A DNA stretch of 24,000 nucleotides from Spirosomataceae bacterium (GCA_965249815.1 CBDFMV010000003.1:2574218-2598217), one strand, 5' to 3'. Shown: positions 1-9,184, numbered from the stretch's first letter. The notes: generated from the sequence alone by a model not told the origin. A program made the numbers and translations.

Positions 1-1377
1 ATGGAAACTCTTGCTTCTTCTCCTGCATCACTCCGCTTGCGGGGCCAACTCATCACCCCGAAAGACCCGGACTACGACACCGCCCGCCGCGTGTTGAACG
101 CCATGATTGACAAACGCCCCGCCCTGATTGCCCGCTGCGCCGACGAGGCCGATGTGGTGACGGCGGTGAACTACGCCCGCGAGCAAGGGATGCTGCTGGC
201 CGTGCGCGGCGGTGCACACAACGGCGCTGGCCTCGGCACCTGCGACGACGGGCTGGTCATCGACCTTTCGATGCTGCGAAATGTCCGGTTCGACCCCGCC
301 GACAACACCGTGCGGGTGCAGGGCGGTTGCCTGCTCGGCGACATGGACGCGGCCACGCACGTTCACGGTCGGGCGGTGCCCTGCGGCATCAATGCCACGA
401 CGGGCATCGGCGGGCTGACCCTCGGCGGGGGCCTCGGCTACCTGACCCGGCACTACGGCCTGACCATCGACAACCTGCTGGAAGTCAGGATGGTGCTGGC
501 CGACGGGCAGCAGGTGACGGCTTCAGCCACCGAACACCCCGATTTGTTCTGGGCCATCCGGGGCGGGGGCGGCAACTTCGGCGTTGTAACCGAATTTCGG
601 TTTCAGACCCACCCCGTCAGCACCGTGTACGCCGGGCCAATGCTCTGGGAGCTTTCGGAAACGAAAGAAGTGATGCAGTGGTACGAAACCTTCATCAGAA
701 CCGCCCCGGACGACATCAACGGCTTCTTCGCCTTCCTGATGGTGCCGCCGGGTGAGCCGTTTCCCGAACCACTCCACGGCAAGCGGATGTGCGGCATCGT
801 GTGGTGCTACACGGGCGATTTGGCCAAGGCCGAGGCGGTTTTTGCGCCGATTCGCGCCTTCAAAACTCCGACGCTGGATTTGGTCGGGGAATTGCCGCTG
901 CCGGTGTTGCAAACGATGTTCGACGGGCTGTTTGGGCCCGGCATGCAGTGGTACTGGAAAGCCGATTTTTTCAACCACCTCTCCGATGAAGTCATCGACT
1001 TGCACCTGAAATTCGGCGAGCAACTGCCTTCGATTTTCTCGGGAATGCACCTCTACCCCATCAACGGGGCCGCTTCGCGCGTGGGTAAAACCGACACGGC
1101 CTGGAACTACCGCCACGCCACCTGGGCGATGGTGATGGCGGGCGTAGACCCCGACCCGGCCCGCAAAGACGAACTCCGCGACTGGTCGCGGGCGTACTGG
1201 GAAGCGTTGCATCCGTTCAGCGCAGGCGGTGGGTACGTCAATTTCATGATGGAAGAAGGCGACGACCGGGTGCGCGCCACCTACGGCGACAACTACGCCC
1301 GGCTGGCGCAAATCAAAGCCAGGTACGACCCCGAAAACCTGTTTCGGGTGAACCAGAATATTCCCCCGGCGCGGTAA
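1..1377 (+). CDS. FAD-linked oxidase, berberine-bridge-enzyme (BBE)-like / PCMH-type FAD-binding oxidoreductase
   Basis: 458-aa ORF with ATG at position 1. The N-terminal FAD_binding_4-like region contains 'AVRGGAHN' and 'IRGGGGNFGVVTEF'. The C-terminal BBE-type motif is 'GGYVNFMMEE...YGDNYARLAQIKARYDPENLFRVNQNIPP'. Codon use is GC3-rich like the neighbouring genes. Confidence 0.9.
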   Translation: METLASSPASLRLRGQLITPKDPDYDTARRVLNAMIDKRPALIARCADEADVVTAVNYAREQGMLLAVRGGAHNGAGLGTCDDGLVIDLSMLRNVRFDPADNTVRVQGGCLLGDMDAATHVHGRAVPCGINATTGIGGLTLGGGLGYLTRHYGLTIDNLLEVRMVLADGQQVTASATEHPDLFWAIRGGGGNFGVVTEFRFQTHPVSTVYAGPMLWELSETKEVMQWYETFIRTAPDDINGFFAFLMVPPGEPFPEPLHGKRMCGIVWCYTGDLAKAEAVFAPIRAFKTPTLDLVGELPLPVLQTMFDGLFGPGMQWYWKADFFNHLSDEVIDLHLKFGEQLPSIFSGMHLYPINGAASRVGKTDTAWNYRHATWAMVMAGVDPDPARKDELRDWSRAYWEALHPFSAGGGYVNFMMEEGDDRVRATYGDNYARLAQIKARYDPENLFRVNQNIPPAR

Positions 1378-1414
1378 CCCCGTAATGAGTTCTCACCTTT
1401 CCTGATTCGGTATC

Positions 1415-1440
1415 GGTTGAAGGAAGGCCTTCCTTCAACC
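1415..1440. terminator. Perfect 26-nt palindrome (13-bp arms), possible terminator hairpin after the FAD oxidase gene
   Basis: GGTTGAAGGAAGG|CCTTCCTTCAACC read directly from the sequence, 38 nt after the stop at 1377. The T-run (cgttttttc) lies about 25 nt further on rather than adjacent, so a terminator role is uncertain. Confidence 0.3.
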
Positions 1441-1547
1441 GGTTCCTGGTACCCGTCTGTGCCGTTTTTTCAACCAATCCTTCCGGCAAAAAGCCGGGCT
1501 GGACGTCCATTGTCAACCGTATTCTATTTTCAAACCAATCGATTCCC

Positions 1548-2849
1548 ATGAAAAAGTCTCCCTTTTTTGCGCTCTTGCTCGGCGCTGCTCTGTTGGTGGC
1601 GTTCAATCCACCGAATCCGGTCAAGCCCCGACGCGTCGCCGACAAGCCGCTGGCTGGTCAGTCCAACCAGGTTGTCATGGACTGGAACCTGGTTGCGCTG
1701 CAAGCCTGCGGCGGGGTCACGTACCAGCACGCGCTGCTGGCTTCGCACACCTACGCAATGGTCCACCGGGCTATGTTTTTCGCGCTCAACGCCATTGCAC
1801 CCACGTACCAACCGGATAATCTGCTCCGCAAAGACGCGCAGGCGGCACCCGTCGCGGCGGCGGCAAAAGCGGCCCACGACGTGCTGGCGGGCCTTTTTCC
1901 CGATCAAGTGCCCATGCTTGACTCGGCCCTGACCCGCTCGCTGGCGAAGGTGCCGCCCGGTGAAAGCCTCAGCCGGGGACTGGCCCTGGGCGGGGAAGCG
2001 GCGGCTGCCGAGCTAAAGGAACGCAGCGGTGACGACGTTCTGCGAAACCCCGTGACCGAGGTAGCGGCCTCGACCGAAGCAGGCGTTTACCAAACGGTAC
2101 CGCCGTTTACGTTCGTCTTCGCGCCGTTCTGGCAGACCATGCCGCCCTTCAGTCTGAAGCAACCCGACCAGTTTCGCGCCGCCCCGCACCCGGCGCTCAC
2201 GAGCAACGTGTACGCCGCAACGTTCGCCGAAGTAAAGGGCGTGGGCGCAAAAATGAGTTCGACCCGCACCGCCAACCAGACGGCCTACGCGAAGTTTTGG
2301 TATGAATTTTCGGAAATCGGCTGGAACCGCATTGCCCGCACGGTGGCCGCCGACCGCAAACTTGATTTGCTCGCCACGGCCCGCCTGTTTGCCCTGCTCA
2401 ACATGGCGATGGCCGATTCGTACACGGCGGGCTGGGATTCCAAATTTCATTACAACTTCTGGCGGCCCTACACGGCCATTCGCGGAGCCGAAACGGACGG
2501 AAATCCGGCAACAACGCCCGATTCGGCCTGGGAACCGCTGATGCCCACGCCGCCCGTCCAGGATTATCCGTCCACGCACAGCGCCCTGGGCAATGCCGCC
2601 GCCGTGGTGCTGGCGCACGTGTTCGGCGACAAAACCCACTTTACGGCCACCTCCACCACCGCCGATCCAGTGATGGCTACGCGCAGCTTCACCAGTTTCA
2701 GCCAGGCGGCCAGGGAAAACGCCGATTCGCGGGTCATGGCGGGGATTCACTTCCGGTTTTCGTGCGAAGCGGGCCTCGAACTGGGCCGGAACGTGGGGCA
2801 GTGGACGGTGGAAAACCACCTGAAGCCCCGGTTGCAGGCGGCGAAGTGA
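1548..2849 (+). CDS. Secreted vanadium-dependent haloperoxidase-like / PAP2 (acid phosphatase) superfamily protein
   Basis: 433 aa. The N-terminal signal-like segment is 'MKKSPFFALLLGAALLVAF'. C-terminal PAP2/haloperoxidase-type motifs are 'YPSTHSALGNAAA' and 'ADSRVMAGIHFRFS' (SxH ... SRxxxGxH pattern). Confidence 0.7.
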   Translation: MKKSPFFALLLGAALLVAFNPPNPVKPRRVADKPLAGQSNQVVMDWNLVALQACGGVTYQHALLASHTYAMVHRAMFFALNAIAPTYQPDNLLRKDAQAAPVAAAAKAAHDVLAGLFPDQVPMLDSALTRSLAKVPPGESLSRGLALGGEAAAAELKERSGDDVLRNPVTEVAASTEAGVYQTVPPFTFVFAPFWQTMPPFSLKQPDQFRAAPHPALTSNVYAATFAEVKGVGAKMSSTRTANQTAYAKFWYEFSEIGWNRIARTVAADRKLDLLATARLFALLNMAMADSYTAGWDSKFHYNFWRPYTAIRGAETDGNPATTPDSAWEPLMPTPPVQDYPSTHSALGNAAAVVLAHVFGDKTHFTATSTTADPVMATRSFTSFSQAARENADSRVMAGIHFRFSCEAGLELGRNVGQWTVENHLKPRLQAAK

Positions 2850-2864
2850 GGGGGCTTTTTATTC

Positions 2865-2918
2865 TCACTGGCTCGTCACGGCGTTGAGCATCACATTCGT
2901 GTCCACCACAATTTTCAT
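2865..2918 (-). pseudogene. 17-codon remnant of a PIN-domain (VapC-like) toxin gene
   Basis: My own translation of the minus strand gives ATG AAA ATT GTG GTG GAC ACG AAT GTG ATG CTC AAC GCC GTG ACG AGC CAG TGA = MKIVVDTNVMLNAVTSQ*. 'MKIVVDTNV' is the typical PIN N-terminus including the first catalytic Asp. Its ATG overlaps the upstream ORF's TGA as ATGA (2915-2918). The ORF stops after 17 codons, 15 nt from the end of the convergent haloperoxidase-like gene. Confidence 0.4.
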
Positions 2919-3136
2919 GGGCGTGGGTGGGTGGGTATCCGGTGGTGCTGGTGGGCGAGGGCCTTGACCTCTTCGGGCGTAAGCCCTCGCTCCTCGATCA
3001 CCTGCTGGGCCATTGCCGATGCCTTACGGGCGAAATACTGGGAAAGTAGTTTACGGATTTCGAGCAAATCGCTTTCCCCGACCGAAGGCATCGCGAAGGT
3101 TTTCAGCAAATCCAACTGCAAAGGCGATAGGGGCAT
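2915..3136 (-). CDS. Small hypothetical protein, putative antitoxin partner of the degraded PIN toxin
   Basis: 73-aa ORF (MPLSPLQLDLLKTF...). It has a 4-nt ATGA overlap with the PIN-like stub downstream, which is the classic toxin-antitoxin operon layout. I do not recognise a family for it. Confidence 0.45.
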   Translation of the reverse strand: MPLSPLQLDLLKTFAMPSVGESDLLEIRKLLSQYFARKASAMAQQVIEERGLTPEEVKALAHQHHRIPTHPRP

Positions 3137-3196
3137 TTCAGGTCGGTGTTCATCGACGTGTTGATTGGCTTTTCAAAATTACTCCATTTTTTCCTC

Positions 3197-5404
3197 ATGA
3201 AAAACCGGCTACTCCCCCTGCTGGGCCTGCTCCTGCCCGTCGGCGCGGGCTGGGCGCAGGACAAAACCCCATACGTAGTGCCGCGCTTCGTGGGGCAATT
3301 CCGGCTCGACGGCATCCCCGACGAGCCGGGCTGGCTGGCCCTGCCCGCGCTGCCCGCCACGATGTGCATGCCCACCAACGGGACCGCACCGAGCGAACGA
3401 ACCGAGTTCCGGGTGGCCTTCGACGATGATTTCATCTACGCCGCCGGGTGGTTTTACGACCGCGACCCCAAAGGTGGACAGGGCTACACCTTCAAACGCG
3501 ATGATTTTGGGTCAGGCGACTGGTTTGGTCTGCACCTGGACACCTTCGCCGACAAAGAAAACGCCTTGGTGTTTTACACCACCCCAACCGGCAACCGGTG
3601 TGACGCCGCCAACTCGAACGACGCCCAGGGCGAAAATTTTAGCTGGGTCGGGGCGAGTTGGAACACGTTCTGGTACTGCGCCACCAGCCGCACAGCCGAG
3701 GGGTGGTTTGCCGAATTTAAGATTCCGTTGTCGAGCCTGCGCTACCAGGAACGTGACGGGCGCGTGGTGATGGGCATGTCGCTCAACCGGCGGATTGCCC
3801 GCAAAAACGAATACGACAGTTACCCGGCCATTTCGAATCAGTGGGGATTTATTAGCGTGTTCAAGGCATCGCAGGCGCAGCCCGTCGTGTTCGAGGGGCT
3901 GCGTTCCAAAACCCCCGTGTACGTCACGCCCTACCTGCTGGCCGGTCTGGGCAGCACGGCCCAACTCACCGACGGTGCTTATCAGCTTCAGCACACGCCG
4001 ACTTACAGCGCGGGGTTGGACGTGAAGGTGGGCCTGACCAGCAACCTCACCGCCGACCTGACTATCAACACGGATTTCGCGCAGGTCGAGGCCGACGACC
4101 AACAGGCCAACCTGACGCGCTTTTCGTTGTTTTATCCCGAAAAGCGCTTGTTTTTTCAGGAACGGGCCAGCATTTTCAACTTCGGTTTCGGCACCAACAA
4201 CCAACTCTTTTACAGCCGCCGGATTGGGCTGACCAACGGCCAGCGGGTACCGATTCTGGCTGGGGGGCGGGTGGTGGGCCGCGTCGGTCGCTGGGATGTG
4301 GGCCTGCTCGACATGCAAACGAGGGCCATCACCAACGCCGACGGAGCGCAACAGCCGTCAGAAAACATGAGCGTGCTGCGGCTCCGCCGACGGGTGTTCA
4401 ACGCTAATTCCTACGTTGGGGCCATGACCACCGCCCGGCTCGGCACCGACGGCCGGTACAACGTGGCGTACGGCCTCGACGGCATTTTTCGGGTGGTGAA
4501 ACAGAATTTCCTGGCCATAAACTGGGCGCAAACCTTCAAGAGCAGCCCCGCTGAACGCGGCAGCGCCCGCTGGCGGGTGCAGTACGAAAAGCGGATTCTG
4601 AAGGGCTTCGGCTTTGATTTGAGCGCGGCGCGGGTGGGGGCGGGCTACGACCCCGGTCTGGGGTTTGAGTCGCGGCAAAACTACACCCGCTTCGGCGACC
4701 GGCTGTTCTGGGGCTGGCTGCCGGGCGCCGCCTCGCGCCTGCTCAACCACCAAATCAGCCTTTACGGGTACGTGTTTTTGCAAAACGGCAGCGGCCTGAC
4801 CGAATCGGTCGAGGTATCACCCACGTGGGAGGCGCGGTCGAAAAAAGGCCAGCTCGCGCAGGGGAAATGGCGCAATTCCTACGAAAACCTGACCGCGCCG
4901 CTGGCCTTGTTCGACGAAGCGAGCCTGCCCGCCGGTCACTACCGGTTCCAGAGCGTGTACGGCCTGTTTGCCACCCCCGACAACCAGCCGCTGAACGCCC
5001 GCTTCGAGGCGGAAGGCGGACAGTTTTACGACGGTTCGCGGCTCACGGCCAGCGTGAAGCCCACCTGGATTCTGTCGCGATACCTCGAACTGGGCGGTTT
5101 TTTGCAGGAAAACCGGGTTTGGTTTCCAACCCGGGGCCAGCGCTACGACGTGGTGATTGCCCAGGTGCGCACGCGGCTGTCGCTCAACGTGAAGCTGTCG
5201 GTCGAGGGCCTCGTGCAGTACAACAGCGCGGCGCACCGCACGTCGGCCAACCTGCGGTTTCGCTACAACCCCCGCGAGGGCAACGACTTTTTCGTGGTTT
5301 TCAACCAGGGCACCAACACCGACCGCTTCCGCGCCGAACCCATTCTGCCCCCGCTCAGCGACCGCACGGTGATTTTGAAGTATTCGTACACGTTTGTGCG
5401 GTGA
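3197..5404 (+). CDS. DUF5916 / carbohydrate-binding family 9-like domain outer-membrane protein
   Basis: The ORF is open from 3146, but ATG at 3197 gives a clean signal peptide 'MKNRLLPLLGLLLPVGAGWAQ'. The N-terminal CBM9-like region contains 'FDDDFIYAAGWFYD' and 'DWFGLHLDTFADKENALVFYTTPTGN'. A long beta-rich C-terminal part ends in the aromatic-rich 'LKYSYTFVR', typical of beta-barrel termini. Confidence 0.7.
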   Translation: MKNRLLPLLGLLLPVGAGWAQDKTPYVVPRFVGQFRLDGIPDEPGWLALPALPATMCMPTNGTAPSERTEFRVAFDDDFIYAAGWFYDRDPKGGQGYTFKRDDFGSGDWFGLHLDTFADKENALVFYTTPTGNRCDAANSNDAQGENFSWVGASWNTFWYCATSRTAEGWFAEFKIPLSSLRYQERDGRVVMGMSLNRRIARKNEYDSYPAISNQWGFISVFKASQAQPVVFEGLRSKTPVYVTPYLLAGLGSTAQLTDGAYQLQHTPTYSAGLDVKVGLTSNLTADLTINTDFAQVEADDQQANLTRFSLFYPEKRLFFQERASIFNFGFGTNNQLFYSRRIGLTNGQRVPILAGGRVVGRVGRWDVGLLDMQTRAITNADGAQQPSENMSVLRLRRRVFNANSYVGAMTTARLGTDGRYNVAYGLDGIFRVVKQNFLAINWAQTFKSSPAERGSARWRVQYEKRILKGFGFDLSAARVGAGYDPGLGFESRQNYTRFGDRLFWGWLPGAASRLLNHQISLYGYVFLQNGSGLTESVEVSPTWEARSKKGQLAQGKWRNSYENLTAPLALFDEASLPAGHYRFQSVYGLFATPDNQPLNARFEAEGGQFYDGSRLTASVKPTWILSRYLELGGFLQENRVWFPTRGQRYDVVIAQVRTRLSLNVKLSVEGLVQYNSAAHRTSANLRFRYNPREGNDFFVVFNQGTNTDRFRAEPILPPLSDRTVILKYSYTFVR

Positions 5405-5461
5405 AGAAGGCTGGCGGTAATACGGGGTTTTCGCGGGGTTGAAACCCACCGTGGGGTTCGC

Positions 5462-5656
5462 TTAAATCCCCTGCTCAAACGCAAACCCCTGCTCAAACGC
5501 AAACCGCACCAGTTCCTGGGAATTTCCAATGCCGAGTTTGAGGTAGTTTAATGCTCTGCATTCGCACTGTGTTCTGGTACTTGGCTGGAATTTATCCCCT
5601 GCTGCCAGCGGGCGTAGGCAATAAGTTGGCCCGGAAACACACAGAAACCAGTTCAA
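5462..5656 (-). pseudogene. Remnant of a LuxR/FixJ-type HTH regulator (C-terminal DNA-binding end only)
   Basis: The minus-strand ORF ends '...LRPLAAGDKFQPSTRTQCECRALNYLKLGIGNSQELVRFAFEQGFAFEQGI*'. This resembles the LuxR HTH pattern (S..TV..H..NI..KLG..N..EL...A...G). There is no receiver or upstream domain, and the tail is duplicated by an 18-bp tandem repeat. Confidence 0.35.
5468..5503. repeat. Perfect 18-bp tandem duplication (2 copies) CCCCTGCTCAAACGCAAA
   Basis: Read directly: 5468-5485 and 5486-5503 are identical. On the minus strand this duplicates the peptide FAFEQG at the end of the LuxR-like remnant. Confidence 0.95.
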
Positions 5657-5769
5657 AATTCAAGCCGGGGAGCGCAGAAAAAAACTGAGTGAACGGTCAA
5701 AACCAAATCGCGGCGGGTTTGTAGCTTGCGGCGCAACTTTTGCCCAACCCACCTGTCTCCTCCCCCTTC

Positions 5770-6855
5770 ATGAAATCGTTGCGCAGACGCCAGTTTACTT
5801 TTTTTAGCATCCTCGTTCTTTTTCTGGTGCTTTTTACGGAATCCATGCTGCGGTTCGGTTTAAAAACCGGACTTTATTTCCCGTTCTGGCGGCCCGACCG
5901 CGCGCTGGCGGAGCGCTACTACCGCGATGCCTACCGCCTGCGAGATTCCACCATCACTCTCACCGACGGCTACTTCGACATCCTTATTCTGGGTGGTTCG
6001 GTTGTGGCCGACGAGTGGCACAGCACCGTTGGCCAGCGCCTGCGCGATACGCTCAAGGCCCGCACCGGCAACCCCCGCATCCGGTACTGGAATGTGGCCA
6101 GCCTGGGCCACAGCTCGGGCGACAACCTGGCTAAGTACCGGGCGCTGGAACGGCAACGGTTCGATTTGGTGCTTTACTACGAGGCCATCAACGAAACCCG
6201 CCTCAACAACGTACCACGCACTTTTTTCCGCCCGGATTACACGCACTACACCTGGTACGACGAGGTCCAGCTCGTGGAAAAACACCCCGAACTCCGCGTC
6301 AGCGTCGTGCCGTTTACACTGCATTTGCTTTGGAATCGCCTTCAGGCGCTGGTGGGGGTACGGCGGTACATCCGCGAAAAACCCGACCCCGACGACCAGC
6401 AACACGGGGGCGATTTAAAAACGCCACCTTGCTACCGGCGCAACCTCGACGCCATCCGGCAGTTGGCCCGGCAACGCAACGAACGGCTGCTGCTGGTCAA
6501 TTTTGCGTACTACATTCCCAATGCCTGGCGGGAATCGGGCTTCCGGACGGGTGCTGATTACAGCCCTTGCGGCCTCTCGTCGCCGATGGAAACGTGGGGC
6601 ATGGCGCAACACGTGGAAAGCGGCCTGCTGGCCCACCGCCGGATGATGCACCAACTCGCCGTGGCGCACCCGGAAGTTGGCTACGTGGACATGCAGCCTG
6701 TTTTGCCCAAATCCGGGCGGTACTTCTGCGACATTTGCCACCTGACCGACGACGGCTGTGGCGCGTTTGCCGGGGCGCTGGCGGCGCACATCATCCGGGA
6801 ACGACTGGTGCCGCCCCCGCCTCTGCTGGCGACGGCTTCAACCCGACGACCATGA
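5770..6855 (+). CDS. SGNH/GDSL-like hydrolase family protein with an N-terminal membrane anchor
   Basis: The ORF is open from 5740 (TTG), but ATG at 5770 gives 'MKSLRRRQFTFFSILVLFLVLF', a signal anchor. 'ILILGGSVV' resembles SGNH block I, and 'FCDICHLTDDG' matches the block V DxxH pattern. The assignment is tentative. Confidence 0.5.
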   Translation: MKSLRRRQFTFFSILVLFLVLFTESMLRFGLKTGLYFPFWRPDRALAERYYRDAYRLRDSTITLTDGYFDILILGGSVVADEWHSTVGQRLRDTLKARTGNPRIRYWNVASLGHSSGDNLAKYRALERQRFDLVLYYEAINETRLNNVPRTFFRPDYTHYTWYDEVQLVEKHPELRVSVVPFTLHLLWNRLQALVGVRRYIREKPDPDDQQHGGDLKTPPCYRRNLDAIRQLARQRNERLLLVNFAYYIPNAWRESGFRTGADYSPCGLSSPMETWGMAQHVESGLLAHRRMMHQLAVAHPEVGYVDMQPVLPKSGRYFCDICHLTDDGCGAFAGALAAHIIRERLVPPPPLLATASTRRP

Positions 6856-7255
6856 TCGTAATCCGGCTCACGCACACGAGCCGGTCTTGCTCGTCGGTGA
6901 TTTTGATTTCCCACACCTGCGAACGGCGGCCCACGTGCAGCGGCACGCAGCGGCCGTACACCCAGCCACTGCGGACCGAACGGAGGTGGTTGGCGTTGAT
7001 TTCCACGCCGACGGTTTGCTGGGTCTGGGGGTCATCGAGGGTTAGAAACGACGCCAGGCTGCCCAGCGACTCGGCCAGCACCACCGACGCCCCGCCGTGG
7101 AGCAGGCCAAACGGCTGGTGCGTGCGGTGATCGACGGGCATCCGGGCCGTCAGAAAGTCGGTGCCGATTTCGAGGAGTTCGATGCCGAGGTGCTCCAGCA
7201 TCGTGTTCCGGCCAAACCCGGCCAGTTGCTCCAGGGTATATCCCGGTTTTATCAT
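6791..7255 (-). CDS. PaaI/YbdB-type hotdog-fold acyl-CoA thioesterase
   Basis: Start taken at ATG 7255 (MIKPGYTLEQL...). 'HRTHQPFGLLHGGASVVLAESLGS' and 'GVEINANHLRSV...G...HVGRRSQVWEIKI' are characteristic of PaaI-family thioesterases. The 3' end overlaps the convergent gene by 65 nt. Confidence 0.85.
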   Translation of the reverse strand: MIKPGYTLEQLAGFGRNTMLEHLGIELLEIGTDFLTARMPVDHRTHQPFGLLHGGASVVLAESLGSLASFLTLDDPQTQQTVGVEINANHLRSVRSGWVYGRCVPLHVGRRSQVWEIKITDEQDRLVCVSRITIMVVGLKPSPAEAGAAPVVPG

Positions 7256-7345
7256 AATTGAGTAAGTGAAAAATGGGAAAATCTGCGTAGCTTCGCGGAA
7301 ATTTTGGGGAAGGTTTCCCAAAAATAGTCAACGACCACCATTCAC

Positions 7346-7990
7346 TTGAACGAGTCCGGCGTATCCAAATTAATTTACCTCATTCGCCACGGCGAGACGG
7401 AGTACAACCGCCGCGGGGTGGTGCAGGGCAGTGGCATCGACGCCGACCTCAACGAGCTGGGCTACGCTCAGGCCGCGGCGTTTTTTGAAGCCTACCGCGA
7501 CGTCCCGTTCGATAAAATTTATACGTCCAAACTGCGCCGCACCGGGCAGTCGGTGCAGGCGTTTACCGACGCGGGCATTCCCACCGAACGCCACGCAGGC
7601 CTCAACGAAATCAGTTGGGGGCTGCGCGAAGGCAAAATTCCCAACTACGCCGACGACGAGTACTACCTCGACCTGATCCAAAGCTGGCGCGCGGGCCAGA
7701 CCGACAAAACCACCGAAGGCGGCGAAAGTCCGCAGGACGTGAAAACCCGCCAGCAGCCCGTCATCGACCTGATGCTGAGTCGGCCCGACGAACCGACCAT
7801 CCTCGTGGCCATGCACGGCCGGGCCATCCGGATTCTGCTCACGACGCTGCTCCGTCAGCCCCTTTCGCACATGGACCACTTCGAGCACCGCAACCTGTGC
7901 CTCTACGTGCTCCGCTACGACTACGCCAGCGGGCACTTCGCCCTCGAACTCGCCAACGATACCCGTCACCTGCTGCCGCTGGCGGTGTAA
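7346..7990 (+). CDS. Histidine phosphatase family protein (phosphoglycerate-mutase-like)
   Basis: 214 aa with the 'LIRHGETEYN' RHG catalytic motif near the N-terminus and the later 'AMHGRAIR' His motif. Only a TTG start (7346) is available upstream of the RHG motif. Confidence 0.85.
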   Translation: MNESGVSKLIYLIRHGETEYNRRGVVQGSGIDADLNELGYAQAAAFFEAYRDVPFDKIYTSKLRRTGQSVQAFTDAGIPTERHAGLNEISWGLREGKIPNYADDEYYLDLIQSWRAGQTDKTTEGGESPQDVKTRQQPVIDLMLSRPDEPTILVAMHGRAIRILLTTLLRQPLSHMDHFEHRNLCLYVLRYDYASGHFALELANDTRHLLPLAV

Positions 7991-8127
7991 CGGTGCCAAA
8001 CGACGATATTGCCGCTTCTCCGCCCTATTTTCCCGCTAATCCAATTTCGCCGCCCGGTGCCGGGCGGCGGGCGCTACCTTGAAATCTGATTCGGCAACGC
8101 GGGCCGGATGTTTACGGAATTGATGGC

Positions 8128-9171
8128 ATGTCAAGACAAAAAACATACTGGTATTTTCAATTGACCGGTTGGACGGCCCTAACCGTCAACGAAATCATCA
8201 ACTACCTGCCCATCACGGGGTTTACGTTTTACATGCTGTTGGAAATGGCCGTCAACATCAGCCTGGGCATTTTACTGACGCACAATTACCGCCGTTTGGC
8301 CAAGCACCTGGGCTGGATCGAGCTGCCATTTATGCAACTGGTGCCGCGCCTGTTGCTGGCCATTCTGGTGATGGCGTCGGTGATGACGGCCGTCAACGTG
8401 CCCCTCGACGCGCAGATTATCGTGTTCGACGACCAGCGCCTGGCTACCCTCAACGCGTTGTTTAGCTGGGGCAAATACCTGCTTGTCTGGACGTTGATCT
8501 ACCACATGTTCCACTACTTCGAGCGGCGCAAGGAAATCGAGGTGGATAAAATCCGCATCGAGTCATCGGCGAAGGAAACCGAGGCGAAAGTGCTGCGGGC
8601 GCAATTGAACCCGCACTTCATGTTCAACGCCCTCAACAGCATCCGGGCGCTGATCCTTGAAGACCCCGACCGCGCCCAGAAAGGCATCACGCAGTTGTCT
8701 AATATCCTGCGGAGTTCGCTGCTCGCCGACCGCCGCCGGACGGTCTCGCTCGGCGAAGAAATGCGCACGGTGGATGACTACCTGGCCCTCGAAAAAATCC
8801 GGTACGAAGATCGCCTCGAAGTCCGCAAAAACATTTACCCCGAAACCCTCGGCCTCCAGGTGCCGCCGATGATGCTGCAAACGCTGGTCGAAAACGCCAT
8901 CAAACACGGCGTGTCGAAGCCGGTGAAAGGCGGGTTTGTGAGCATCGATTCGCAGATCAAAAAAGGCGCGCTGCACGTGTGCATCTCCAACACCGGCGTG
9001 CTCGAAGGCACGGATTCGGGCGGGTTTGGCCTGGAAAACACGGCCCACCGGCTGGAACTGCTCTTCGGTCCGGGGGCGAATTTTCACATTTATCAGGCCT
9101 CCGAAAACGTCGTTTGCGCTGAAGTGCTCATTCCGGTCGAGACGACCGTCGAGGCGGCGCGGGCGGCGTAG
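8128..9171 (+). CDS. LytS/YehU-type sensor histidine kinase (His_kinase PF06580 type plus HATPase_c)
   Basis: 347 aa. The N-terminal half is hydrophobic with multiple TM segments. 'LRAQLNPHFMFNALNSI' is the signature phospho-acceptor motif of LytTR-associated kinases. 'LVENAIKHG' is the N-box and 'GGFGLENT' the G-box. Confidence 0.9.
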   Translation: MSRQKTYWYFQLTGWTALTVNEIINYLPITGFTFYMLLEMAVNISLGILLTHNYRRLAKHLGWIELPFMQLVPRLLLAILVMASVMTAVNVPLDAQIIVFDDQRLATLNALFSWGKYLLVWTLIYHMFHYFERRKEIEVDKIRIESSAKETEAKVLRAQLNPHFMFNALNSIRALILEDPDRAQKGITQLSNILRSSLLADRRRTVSLGEEMRTVDDYLALEKIRYEDRLEVRKNIYPETLGLQVPPMMLQTLVENAIKHGVSKPVKGGFVSIDSQIKKGALHVCISNTGVLEGTDSGGFGLENTAHRLELLFGPGANFHIYQASENVVCAEVLIPVETTVEAARAA

Positions 9172-9184
9172 GGGAGGGTTGTTC

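Noticed and set aside
1-2849. The FAD (BBE-like) oxidase plus the haloperoxidase-like protein as a halogenating secondary-metabolite cluster.
   Set aside because: These are only two adjacent genes, with a hairpin and a 170-nt gap between them. There are no core biosynthetic genes (PKS, NRPS, terpene or RiPP), and the second protein may equally be a PAP2 phosphatase. The evidence is insufficient.
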